Source of the DNA: Candidatus Limnocylindrales bacterium
GTDB lineage: Bacteria; Moduliflexota; Moduliflexia; Moduliflexales; JAUQPW01
Direction of reading: 5' to 3'
Length of the DNA stretch: 64,000 bases
Assembly (NCBI GenBank): GCA_035559535.1
Contig: DATMBG010000017.1
Span: 1-64,000 of the forward strand
Shown here in pieces: positions 9,782 to 19,074 of this stretch; position 1 is the first letter of the stretch; every line of letters begins with the position of its first letter. Under the pieces are notes generated by a model. That model worked only from the letters and a program-made list of their open reading frames with translations, searched no databases and had not been told where the DNA came from. A program made the translations under genes and the position numbers.

Positions 9782-9958
9782 ACCTGGTTCCTACCCTCTA
9801 CAGAGGGTTGAAGGAGAAGCAGACAGAAAGGTTAACCGACGTTGTGGAAGAGAGTAGGGACTTTTTTCTTGACTTTTGTTTTTAAACAGGGGATATTTAT
9901 TTTCTTAAACTCATAAAGGCCATCGATAAAATTTTAAACAAGAAGGAGGAGGTAAAGG

Positions 9959-10345
9959 ATGGTAACCCCACATGATATAGAAATTTATCTGGATGACAGT
10001 GGGTTCCCTTTTGAAAGAATCAGTGAAGGGGTTTGGCGTGTAGAATCCCCTGCCAACAAAGTAACCAATATTATTATGAGCGTGGTGGAACCCATTTTGG
10101 TTCTACGAATCAAACTCATGCAGGTGCCGGAAAAAAATCGAGAACAGTTTTATGAACATCTTCTTAAGCTTAACGCAAAGGACATACCTCATGGAGCTTT
10201 TGGAGTGGAAGACGGCCAGGTTGTTTTGATTGATTCACTTCAAATGGAAAATCTGGACCGTAATGAACTTCAGGCATCCATAGAATCCCTCGCTTTTACG
10301 GTAGCTCAATACTATAACGAGCTGAAAGAATATTGTGAGAAGTAG
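9959..10345 (+). CDS. YbjN/CesT-like chaperone-fold protein
   Basis: Small acidic protein, FYEHLLKLNAKDIPHGAFG...LQMENLDRNEL; adjacent to pspA; strong RBS. Confidence 0.7.
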   Translation: MVTPHDIEIYLDDSGFPFERISEGVWRVESPANKVTNIIMSVVEPILVLRIKLMQVPEKNREQFYEHLLKLNAKDIPHGAFGVEDGQVVLIDSLQMENLDRNELQASIESLAFTVAQYYNELKEYCEK

Positions 10346-10418
10346 ACTTAAATCAAAAAGATAATGGGAAAGAGGCGAGTTCTAGATTCTTACCTGCTTA
10401 AAGGGAGGAGAAAAGGAT

Positions 10419-11111
10419 ATGGGAATTTTTAAAAGAATGGCTGACATTCTTAAGTCCAACATAAATGATTTGATCAGCAAAGCAGAAGATCCGGCTAAGA
10501 TGTTGGATCAAATCATCCTGGAGATGCAAGAGCAATTGAGGGATGCTAAAATTCAGGTTGCTAAAGCAATTGCCGATGAAAAAAGGCTCAAACAACAGCT
10601 GGATCAAAATCTTGCCCAGGCTCAGAACTGGGAGAGCAAAGCAGTTCTGGCGCTGCAGAAAGGGGATGAGGAACTGGCCAGAGAGGCTTTGAAACGAAAG
10701 AAAAGCTATGCAGACATTGCGACGACCCTGGAGCCTCAGTGGAAAGATCAAAATGAAGTGGTGAACAAGCTGAAAGAGAGTCTCCGAGCCCTGGAAGCCA
10801 AAATCGATGAGGCCAGAAGAAAAAAAGAAGTGCTTATTGCTCGTCAGAAGAGGGCCGAAGCCCAGAAGAAAATTCAAGAGGTCATGATAGGTATGTCGGA
10901 TACCAGTGCCTTTGATAACTTTGCTCGAATGGAACGGAAAGTTGAGGAAATGGAAGCCCAGGCGGCGGCTGCCGTAGAACTCAGTACCAATACCCTGGAA
11001 GATAAGTTTAAGGCTTTGGAATCCGATGCTGGTGTCGATGCTGAATTGGAGGCTTTGAAGGCGAAGTTAGCCCTCAAGGGAAATACCGAATCAAACCCAA
11101 AAGCCTCTTAA
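10419..11111 (+). CDS. pspA: PspA/IM30 (bacterial ESCRT-III) family protein
   Basis: MGIFKRMADILKSNINDLISKAEDPAKML, GDEELAREAL, FARMERKV, VDAELEALK. Confidence 0.95.
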   Translation: MGIFKRMADILKSNINDLISKAEDPAKMLDQIILEMQEQLRDAKIQVAKAIADEKRLKQQLDQNLAQAQNWESKAVLALQKGDEELAREALKRKKSYADIATTLEPQWKDQNEVVNKLKESLRALEAKIDEARRKKEVLIARQKRAEAQKKIQEVMIGMSDTSAFDNFARMERKVEEMEAQAAAAVELSTNTLEDKFKALESDAGVDAELEALKAKLALKGNTESNPKAS

Positions 11112-11121
11112 TGGGATTATA

Positions 11122-11883
11122 ATGAACAAAAAGCTGGATAAAGCCCTGTTTATAAACCATTTTAGAGAAGAAACGACCCGCTACATTCATCAGATCTGTC
11201 AGTGGCTCCTTCAACTCGAGAACGATCCCGACAATAACAGGCTTGTCAGCGATGTAGTTCGAGAAATTCGTAGTCTTAAGGGCGCTGCCCGATTATTAGG
11301 TTACTATGATATTAGCTCTTTAGCCCAGAAAATCGAAGAAATTGTGGTGGCCGTACAGGTTAAAAGACTGAATTTAAACCGCTCGGTTATGACGGTTCTG
11401 GTATACGCCTTAAGCATATTAGATGATCTTATCGAAGGGATTTACCAGGGTATTTCCAAAACACTTGATCTCAACGCCATCCATCGTCTTATCGATACGC
11501 TCCTGACCAAACGGGAAATCGATATAACTTACCTTTCGAAAATCGGCGGAAACTTTAAACTATCTTTCAGTAAACCCATGAGTCCATCCCTGCAATCCCA
11601 AACAGAAGTCACAAATCGACCTCCAGTACTCTCTCAACCTTCTGTACAGACCTCTGTACAGACCTCATCCCAACCTTCCGTATCGGTTTCAGATTTTATC
11701 CCCATTCAGGTAAATGATCTCTATGCGATCCTGGGCCTGGCCCAGAAGTTAGTGACTTTGACCCAGACTCTCAATAAGGACCACGAAGAAGCGCTTCAAC
11801 TGAGTCAGGCTCTACAGAATCAAATTCTACAGATTCGCCGACGCATGGAAGAATATAAAGAAAGCGGCGGGAATCGAGTCTAG
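11122..11883 (+). CDS. Truncated CheA-like protein: Hpt domain lacking the phospho-His, plus dimerization-like helices
   Basis: FREET...LLQLENDPDN...VVREIRSLKGAARLLG (canonical RxxHxLKG); C-terminal IPIQVNDL...LSQALQNQILQIR resembles CheA P3. Confidence 0.75.
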   Translation: MNKKLDKALFINHFREETTRYIHQICQWLLQLENDPDNNRLVSDVVREIRSLKGAARLLGYYDISSLAQKIEEIVVAVQVKRLNLNRSVMTVLVYALSILDDLIEGIYQGISKTLDLNAIHRLIDTLLTKREIDITYLSKIGGNFKLSFSKPMSPSLQSQTEVTNRPPVLSQPSVQTSVQTSSQPSVSVSDFIPIQVNDLYAILGLAQKLVTLTQTLNKDHEEALQLSQALQNQILQIRRRMEEYKESGGNRV

Positions 11884-11888
11884 AGATT

Positions 11889-13556
11889 ATGAATACCAAA
11901 AAGGTTTTAGTTGTCGATGATAGCCTGATTGTCAAGGAGATCCTGACCTATTTGCTGACCGATCTGGGTTGTGAAGTCATTACTGCACAGGACGGGATTG
12001 AAGCCATTGAAAAGGTCTACCAGGAAAGCCCAGACCTCATTTTACTGGATGTTATGATGCCTCACATGAATGGTTATCAGGTTTGCCGATTGCTGAAAGA
12101 TGATAAAGATACCCGCCATATTCCCGTCGTATTTCTCACAGCCCAGGATCAACCCGCAGACCGATACTGGGGATTTATGGCCGGAGCCGATGAATATCTC
12201 ATCAAGGATCTGGAACACGAAAACCTCATCGAGCGGATCGAGAGTATTCTGAAACAGGTAGATACGACCGAGGAGCGGGCTCTCCGAAAGAAACCCCGTC
12301 AGGTAACCTCTGTGGATATTCTCTCTCAGGTAAATAATTTACTGGACCGTAAACTCTATCAGTCTACCATTGTAAACGAAATCAACCAGCTCGCCGTTTC
12401 CATGCAGAATTTTGAGGAGACTTTGAAATCTGTCTTTCAACTGTTAAGTCGAATTATACAATTTCAGATCGGCGTGGTTTCCATCATCGGACCTGATCTT
12501 CAAAAAATTTACCTCTACGTCCAGGATACTCTCCATCCTTCTTTATTAAATCAAATAAGTGCCTTGTTCCAGGAAGATAGTAAAAGTAAACAAACTTTCC
12601 TGGAGTTAAAAGGTCGTATTACAGAAACCTCATCACTTCGGACCCTTGCCAGCTATTGCAAAGTTCCCCTCATCAGTAAAGGGGGTCAGATTGGAAGTAT
12701 TCTGCTCGGGGATTCCAAGACGGGGAAGTTACTGGAGGAAGATCAGAACATTCTCAAAATAGCAGCCAAAGAAGCCGCGGTGGTGATCGATAATGCCCGA
12801 CTCTATGATTACAATGCGCAACTTTACATGGACCTGGAAAAAGAAATCCAGCAAATTTCCAGTATTCAAAGATCCCTCCTTCCCCATACCAACCCCCTGG
12901 AGCAATGGGTTGAGATCCAGTCTGTCATGATCCCTGCCCGTGAGGTTGGAGGGGATTATTATGATTACTTCCTCTTAAACGATCACAAACTGGCTATTAC
13001 CATTGGAGATGTCACAGGAAAAGGAGCACCGGCCTCTCTGCTGATGGCCATGGTGAAAACCGCTCTTCAGGTTAAAGTCAGTATAACTTCTGAACTTCCG
13101 GAACTACTCTCCTTTCTCAATGCATTTGTCCGGGATCAACGGGCAGGCCAGTATATGACCTTATTTTTTGGAATTCTGGATTTATCCCACCAGGTTTTCA
13201 CTTACGTGAATGCGGGTCATAACTTTCCGTATTTAGTCTCTCCATCAACTCAGAAACTCCAATTCCTGGAATCCAGCTTTCTACCCCTGGGACTCGAAAA
13301 GTCCGGTAAATATAGGGTTTCTAAACAGAAGATAAACCCGGAGGATTTTCTATTCTTTTATACCGACGGAATCGTGGAAGCCATGGATGAAAACAGGGAG
13401 TTATTCGGCTATGAACGGCTGGAAGAGATTCTTCTGAAGAACTGTCGGTTATCTTTAGAAGAGATTAAGCAACACGTCCTGGAAGGTGTTCAGGCTTTCT
13501 GTGGAACTGCACCTGTGGGGGATGACAGGACTTTGGTTTTGGTAAGATGCAAATAA
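11889..13556 (+). CDS. Response regulator-GAF-PP2C (SpoIIE/RsbU-type) phosphatase
   Basis: REC VLVVDD, LLDVMMP, FLTA; GAF ending IDNARLY; PP2C EVGGDYYD, IGDVTGKG, NAGH, YTDGIVEA, GDDRT. Confidence 0.9.
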   Translation: MNTKKVLVVDDSLIVKEILTYLLTDLGCEVITAQDGIEAIEKVYQESPDLILLDVMMPHMNGYQVCRLLKDDKDTRHIPVVFLTAQDQPADRYWGFMAGADEYLIKDLEHENLIERIESILKQVDTTEERALRKKPRQVTSVDILSQVNNLLDRKLYQSTIVNEINQLAVSMQNFEETLKSVFQLLSRIIQFQIGVVSIIGPDLQKIYLYVQDTLHPSLLNQISALFQEDSKSKQTFLELKGRITETSSLRTLASYCKVPLISKGGQIGSILLGDSKTGKLLEEDQNILKIAAKEAAVVIDNARLYDYNAQLYMDLEKEIQQISSIQRSLLPHTNPLEQWVEIQSVMIPAREVGGDYYDYFLLNDHKLAITIGDVTGKGAPASLLMAMVKTALQVKVSITSELPELLSFLNAFVRDQRAGQYMTLFFGILDLSHQVFTYVNAGHNFPYLVSPSTQKLQFLESSFLPLGLEKSGKYRVSKQKINPEDFLFFYTDGIVEAMDENRELFGYERLEEILLKNCRLSLEEIKQHVLEGVQAFCGTAPVGDDRTLVLVRCK

Positions 13557-13567
13557 AGTTGTAACAG

Positions 13568-13806
13568 ACCCTCATCCCTAGTCCTTCACCCAGGGCTTTG
13601 GGACAATGGCCTTAAGTGAAGGAAGGGGCGGTTCATGAACCGCCCGTACTAAGGTTAAAGGCGTCCTCATCCTGTCCCTCCCCCGTTTCACAGGGGAAGG
13701 GATTTTGACTGCAACGTTCCTTCCCCTGCGAAGCGGGGGAAGGTCAGAAAGGGGGCCTTAACTTAATGTCGTTGGGGCTTCGGAAGAGGGATCTGGGATA
13801 AGGGTG
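13568..13806. repeat. Composite nested REP/MITE-like palindromic region
   Basis: Outer inverted arms ccctcatccctagtcc / gggatctgggataagggt; inner ggggcggttcatgaaccgccc; inner element bounded by actaaggttaaaggc / gccttaacttaatg with two GC hairpins. Confidence 0.65.
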
Positions 13807-13841
13807 AACAATTCACCCTTCCTTACTTTTGATTGAATTCT

Positions 13842-14429
13842 ATGCGGATCAGTAAAATCGAACGAAATACTTTAGAAACTCAAATAAAGGTGGAACTCAA
13901 CCTCGATGGTCGAGGAGACAGTATCATTCACACGGGTATAGGTTTCCTTGATCACATGCTAACACTGTTAGCCAGACATGGTCTCTTCGATCTTCAGATA
14001 GAAGCAAAAGGGGATTTGGAGATCGATGACCATCACACCGTAGAGGATATTGCCATTGCTCTGGGGCAGGCCTTCAAAGAAGCTCTGGGAAATAAGAAAG
14101 GCATCCATCGATACGGTCATGTCCTTCTTCCCATGGATGACGTACTCGTCCTGGTTGCCATAGATCTCAGCGGAAGACCTTACCTGGTCTTCGACGCCAG
14201 CTTCCATCGAGATAAGATCGGAGATCTGAGCACCGAAATGATTCCCCATTTCTTTTATTCTTTTACCATGAACGTACTTTGTAACCTGCACATCAAAATC
14301 TTCTATGGGGAATCCACCCACCATAAAATTGAAGGAATCTTTAAAGCCTTTGCCCGGGCTTTGCGGATGGCCTGTGAGTTTGATTCGAGGGCTATGGATG
14401 CTTTGCCTACGACTAAAGGGGTTTTATAG
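13842..14429 (+). CDS. hisB: Imidazoleglycerol-phosphate dehydratase
   Basis: TGIGFLDHML, DDHHTVED, PMDD, THHKIEGIFKA, PTTKGVL. Confidence 0.97.
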   Translation: MRISKIERNTLETQIKVELNLDGRGDSIIHTGIGFLDHMLTLLARHGLFDLQIEAKGDLEIDDHHTVEDIAIALGQAFKEALGNKKGIHRYGHVLLPMDDVLVLVAIDLSGRPYLVFDASFHRDKIGDLSTEMIPHFFYSFTMNVLCNLHIKIFYGESTHHKIEGIFKAFARALRMACEFDSRAMDALPTTKGVL

Positions 14430-14544
14430 GGGGCAGGGAAATCCATTGAGGATAAAGTAAACAATCCTTTCTTACCCCAGGCAGCCCCGGAAAGTTTCCA
14501 GGAGTGAAAAAAGAGGGATCGACCCTGTAACTGCACTTCCACGC

Positions 14545-16137
14545 TTAGGTATTCAAGCGTAAATCATCTATCCTCTTCATGGCTTCCATAAGGAGCTTGT
14601 GGGTTCCCATTTTAATTCGAGGTTCCCGGGTGAGAGGTTGAGGAATAAAATGGAAAGAGGCCTCTACCCAGGTTGCCAATTCCAGGAAAGCTTTTTCTCC
14701 TTGAAGATCTTTAACGGTGGCATCAATAATGTTTCCTTCCTTGATATAAATGTGACCTTCTTCGGTTTCTTTGGAAAACGTGAGGATACCGGTTTTTTGA
14801 GCGGCGTGAATGGTTTGAATAAGTTCTCCCAAGCCCATGGCGCTCAATTTCCCGGAAAAGCCTTTGCTGACTTCTTCACCGGCTTTAATGTTGGTTACCC
14901 GGAGACGTTGGGCCAGGAGTTTATGAAAGTAACGATTTAAGGCGGGAATTTCCTCCAGTATCTTTTCGAATTCGATTTTCTTAAGCGTGAACAGCTCCGT
15001 ATAAGTGGCCGCTTTAACGGTAGCCGAAGAAGGTTCTCCAGTAAGTAAAGACATCTCACCAAAACAATCCCCCGGTTTCAGAGTGGCCACCCGGGCTTCC
15101 CGAGTTCCCTCTTCGGTTAAAAGGATTTTAACAAAACCTTTTTTAATAATATAGAAGGTGCGACCCAATTCTCCTTCCTGGATAATGACGGCATCTTTAT
15201 CGAAGCTCTGAAGTTTGAGTTTTTGGCTGATCTTCTTTAAAGATTTACTGTCCAGGTTTTTAAAAATGTCATTGTTCTTTAGAATGAATTCCGGGGAGAT
15301 CTCTTTTTTATCAAATTCAGAGAACAAGTTTACAAGCTCAGCCGCCGTTTGATATCTCTGCCTGGGCTCTTTAGCCAGCATTTTTAAAATTATACCGTCT
15401 TTTTCAGAGGGAAACTTCTCATTGAGGGAAGAAGGTGGGAGGGGATTTCCTTCCAGAATGCTGGCCACCACCGATTTATAATCCTGTCCTTCAAAGGGTT
15501 TTCTCCCGGTCAACATCTCATAGAGGATGACGCCTAAAGAGAAAATATCCGATCGGGCATCGGGCGGATTTCCCTGGATCTGTTCTGGGGAAAGATAATA
15601 CAGGGTATTTCCTTCTTTGGGGGTAATGAGATTATAATCGAAAAAAGATCGGTGCAGCTCAAAATCAGTTATTTTAACTTTCTCTCCATTCCAATAAATA
15701 TTAAAGGGGTTAAGGAATTTATGGATAATACCCCGTTGATGAACATGTTCCAGAACTCTGCTGATCTGCAACGCAATATCTATAGCCTTCTCGATCGGAA
15801 AGGGTCTTTGGGATTTTAATTCATAAGCCAGGGTATTCCAGTCTATATCCTCCATAACGAGGTAGGCAAATTCCGTGTATTCAGTTTCTAAATAAGATTG
15901 TCTAAAGAACCTTCCCAGGTCATAGATCTTAACGATCTGGGGGTGTGAAAGCTTATCCGCCAGGATAACTCCCTGCTTAAACCCCTCTCGTATATTATCT
16001 TTATTCCGAATGATCGGCGTTATCCGTATAAGGACTTTCTCTTTAAGTACGGAATCAAATCCTCGATAAATGATGGAACGCCCCTCTTTCCGTAATTCTT
16101 CTATAAGCTTGTAGCGATCCGTTTGAGAAATGAACAT
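14545..16137 (-). CDS. Hanks-type pseudokinase-cNMP-binding-DUF4388 fusion
   Basis: Kinase C-lobe YLSPEQ, ARSDIFSLGVILYEMLTG; cNMP domain GDCFGEMSLL; C-terminal FSGKLSAMGLGELIQTI...KTGIL...W..ASFHF. Confidence 0.85.
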   Translation of the reverse strand: MFISQTDRYKLIEELRKEGRSIIYRGFDSVLKEKVLIRITPIIRNKDNIREGFKQGVILADKLSHPQIVKIYDLGRFFRQSYLETEYTEFAYLVMEDIDWNTLAYELKSQRPFPIEKAIDIALQISRVLEHVHQRGIIHKFLNPFNIYWNGEKVKITDFELHRSFFDYNLITPKEGNTLYYLSPEQIQGNPPDARSDIFSLGVILYEMLTGRKPFEGQDYKSVVASILEGNPLPPSSLNEKFPSEKDGIILKMLAKEPRQRYQTAAELVNLFSEFDKKEISPEFILKNNDIFKNLDSKSLKKISQKLKLQSFDKDAVIIQEGELGRTFYIIKKGFVKILLTEEGTREARVATLKPGDCFGEMSLLTGEPSSATVKAATYTELFTLKKIEFEKILEEIPALNRYFHKLLAQRLRVTNIKAGEEVSKGFSGKLSAMGLGELIQTIHAAQKTGILTFSKETEEGHIYIKEGNIIDATVKDLQGEKAFLELATWVEASFHFIPQPLTREPRIKMGTHKLLMEAMKRIDDLRLNT

Positions 16138-16426
16138 AAAGACTCTCTTTGATTCTATGCCATCCCTTTAATTAATTCTTTAATTAATTCCGGATTTTAA
16201 ACCGGGGATCTCAAATATTCAACAAAAAGATATAACTTCTCTCGACAGGAGGATATTTTTTCAATTTATTTTGAAAGCGTCAAGGGAAATTTTAGGCAGG
16301 TATTCGGAGAAGCGTGGTGTTAAACTCTGGAGCTTTGGTAACAGGCAGGCAGTCCCGGTGATTTTGATCTCCCTTAACAGTCTCGTAGTAGTGACTTGTT
16401 TCTAGCCTTCTTAAAGACATGTATTC

Positions 16427-17575
16427 TTAGACCTTCAGCCACTTTCCTTGGAAGGCATGCCATAGGAATAACCCGACCAGATAGCCTACACCTATATTTA
16501 CCAGGGAGATCCCGGCGGTGAGAATCATCACGTAGAGATCTCCTTTTTGGAACCTGGACCCTTGAATCCCGGGAATCCTGACGGCCAATTCAAGGCCCCC
16601 GAACAGGAGGATCACTCCCAGAATTGGTCGGGGAAAGAGTTTAAAGAGGATGGCTATGGAATCGGCCAGGAAGAGGCCTGTAAACAGGAGAAGGCTCCCA
16701 AGGATTACCAGTGCGCCGCCGGTTCGAGCCCCAAAGCGGACATGACCGGCCATACCTCCGGCCCCATGACACATGGGAACCCCGCCAAAGCTGGCTCCTA
16801 TAAGGTTCATGATTCCATGATCGATGGCGACGGTCCGGACCGTAATGGGTCGATCTGGAAACAGGGTATTATTTTCCTCAACTATTGCAATAATCGCATT
16901 GCTTAAGGTTAAAGCGACCTTGGGAATACTTAAGACCAGGATACCGGTCAGGAAATCTTCCCACCTGAGCTGATATAAGGTAAATTGGGGAAGCTGGAAA
17001 CGGAAAGAAAGTTTATCCAGCTCTTTAAGAAGAACCGGTTCTTTAACTATAGCCAGGATAAAGCCAGAACCCAGAAGCAATAACATCGCCGGGATCCGTT
17101 GTTGGGAGAGGAGGATAAAGGTCAGGATGGCTGTAACCCCGGCCAGGAGAAGATCTGTTTCCATCATTTTAATCCCTTCTCGCATGAACCCAAGTCCCAG
17201 ACCGAGTATAAGGCCCTGGATGACCGGACGACTGGTAATCCTGGAGATCCAGGTAACTGCATCTGTCAGACCCATGATCAGCCATAAAATCCCCATAAAC
17301 AACCCCGAGACCCAAACCGCACCTGGTGTTATGGCTCCTGGATGGCTGATCACGGCTGCACCAATCAACTTCATGGGTTGAACCGGAATAGGAGTCTTAT
17401 AATAAAGACCCATTATAATTTTAAAGAATCCAAAGACCGTAAGAATACCTACAGGATTCATCTGGTTAAGGATGATATATCCCATGAGAAAAGGAATGAG
17501 AGTGCCTAAATCACCGAAAGCTCCGGCCAGCTCTTGTAAATTATATTTATTTCCTTGGGCTTTCGTGGAGATCAT
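16427..17575 (-). CDS. Putative molybdate/sulfate transporter (MOT1 family)
   Basis: ELAGAFGDLGTLIP, PIPVQPMK, PMCHGAGGMAGHVRFGARTG. Confidence 0.88.
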   Translation of the reverse strand: MISTKAQGNKYNLQELAGAFGDLGTLIPFLMGYIILNQMNPVGILTVFGFFKIIMGLYYKTPIPVQPMKLIGAAVISHPGAITPGAVWVSGLFMGILWLIMGLTDAVTWISRITSRPVIQGLILGLGLGFMREGIKMMETDLLLAGVTAILTFILLSQQRIPAMLLLLGSGFILAIVKEPVLLKELDKLSFRFQLPQFTLYQLRWEDFLTGILVLSIPKVALTLSNAIIAIVEENNTLFPDRPITVRTVAIDHGIMNLIGASFGGVPMCHGAGGMAGHVRFGARTGGALVILGSLLLFTGLFLADSIAILFKLFPRPILGVILLFGGLELAVRIPGIQGSRFQKGDLYVMILTAGISLVNIGVGYLVGLFLWHAFQGKWLKV

Positions 17576-18951
17576 TTTTTCCTGTATTTGACAAAAGGTA
17601 ACTTCTTCCCTCTTCTACTTAACTGTGTAAGTTCTATTCTATCCTGAGAAGAGTTTGTTTTTAAGTAAAAAGGGCTCTGGGGGAGATCCATCATTCTTGA
17701 AAAGAAATATCCACCCAGTAACAAAAAATTTAAGATTAATTTTTGGATTAAAAACCAGCCCGGACTCAGTTTATTGTTCTTTTTATGTCCTGCCAGTTGG
17801 CTATAGAGTCGCTCATAGGCATCCAGGGTTTTTTCAAAATCATGATTTTGGATGAACTCTAAACTCTTTTGACCCATCTGTTTTGCAAGTTCCGGATTAC
17901 TCAAAATCTTCATTATCCGGTCTGCAGCTATCCGACTATCCCCGTGTGGGAAAGTGAACCCATTTACACCGTCCACCACCAATTCGGGTAACGCCATACT
18001 CTCCGATGAAACTACGGGTAGGCCGGAAGCCATGGCTTCCATGACCACCAGACTTTGCAGTTCAACAGTACTGGCAGTTGCAAAAAGATTAACTCCATTA
18101 TAGATTTTCATCAAATCTTCGTCTGGAACTCGGCCGAGAAATAAAACTTTATCTTCAAGGCCGGATCTTCTGGTCAATTCTTTAAGACGGTTTTCTTCAG
18201 AGCCAAAACCACAGAGGAACAGTTTTGCCATCATTTTTTGGTTTACTAATTTTAAGGCCTTTATCAAAACGTCGATGTTTTTTTCTTTCTCTAATCTTCC
18301 CACAAAAAGAATTTTTTTATCCTCTCCCTCCATACGGTATTTTTTTATCACCTCTTGGACCTCATGGGCCGGTCTGGGTTTGAATTTATTTAAATCTATT
18401 CCGTTAGAAATGACCTGGATCTCCTGTTTAAGGCTATTTTCCATCATTATTTTACAGGCTGTTTTAGACGGTGTGGTTATCACATCCACCTGACCGAATA
18501 CCCCTTTAAAATGTTTCCACGCCAGGGCTCTGAGTTTGTCCTCGATTTTGGGCGGTAAATTCAGGTAATGCACCAAATTATCCGGGTGAAAGTGATTCGT
18601 ACCGATAACCGGAATGGAGGCTTTTCTGGCATATTCTATGAAAGCCCAGCAGATAAAGAAATGATCCTGCACATGGATAATATCCGGTTTTATCTCCTCC
18701 CCCATCGAGGGTATAAAAAAATAGGCAAAAGGTGAAAAATAATAGTGAGGATGAAAAGGAATCGGTACGGAGCTTATCCGGAAGACTTCGATCCGATCCT
18801 CTTTAATTTTCTCTATACGAGGGCCATGACCGGAGGAAACCACAAAGATCTGGTAGCCCCTGGAAGCCAGTCCATGGGCCAGGCGATAGGTAGCATAGGC
18901 AGAGCCGGTCGTATGGGGATGATAAATTTCCGCTGCAATAAGGATTCTCAT
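17572..18951 (-). CDS. GT4 glycosyltransferase with a hydrophobic C-terminal extension
   Basis: ISNGID, LFVGRLEKEKN, ELQSLVVMEAMASGLPVV; stop overlaps the transporter start (ATGA). Confidence 0.9.
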   Translation of the reverse strand: MRILIAAEIYHPHTTGSAYATYRLAHGLASRGYQIFVVSSGHGPRIEKIKEDRIEVFRISSVPIPFHPHYYFSPFAYFFIPSMGEEIKPDIIHVQDHFFICWAFIEYARKASIPVIGTNHFHPDNLVHYLNLPPKIEDKLRALAWKHFKGVFGQVDVITTPSKTACKIMMENSLKQEIQVISNGIDLNKFKPRPAHEVQEVIKKYRMEGEDKKILFVGRLEKEKNIDVLIKALKLVNQKMMAKLFLCGFGSEENRLKELTRRSGLEDKVLFLGRVPDEDLMKIYNGVNLFATASTVELQSLVVMEAMASGLPVVSSESMALPELVVDGVNGFTFPHGDSRIAADRIMKILSNPELAKQMGQKSLEFIQNHDFEKTLDAYERLYSQLAGHKKNNKLSPGWFLIQKLILNFLLLGGYFFSRMMDLPQSPFYLKTNSSQDRIELTQLSRRGKKLPFVKYRKK

Positions 18952-19074
18952 ATTTTTCTATACCGCACGGACAAATTCTGGAATGGGGGGGGGTTATAGA
19001 TTGAGCAGCAAATTAATTCCTTTATCAGGATGTTTCAGGGTTTTTCTGGGATAAGATTCTTTTTTTTTCCAGAT

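Noticed and set aside
11640-11666. 12-bp tandem duplication (SVQT-SVQT) in the Hpt-like protein
   Set aside because: Ordinary linker slippage.
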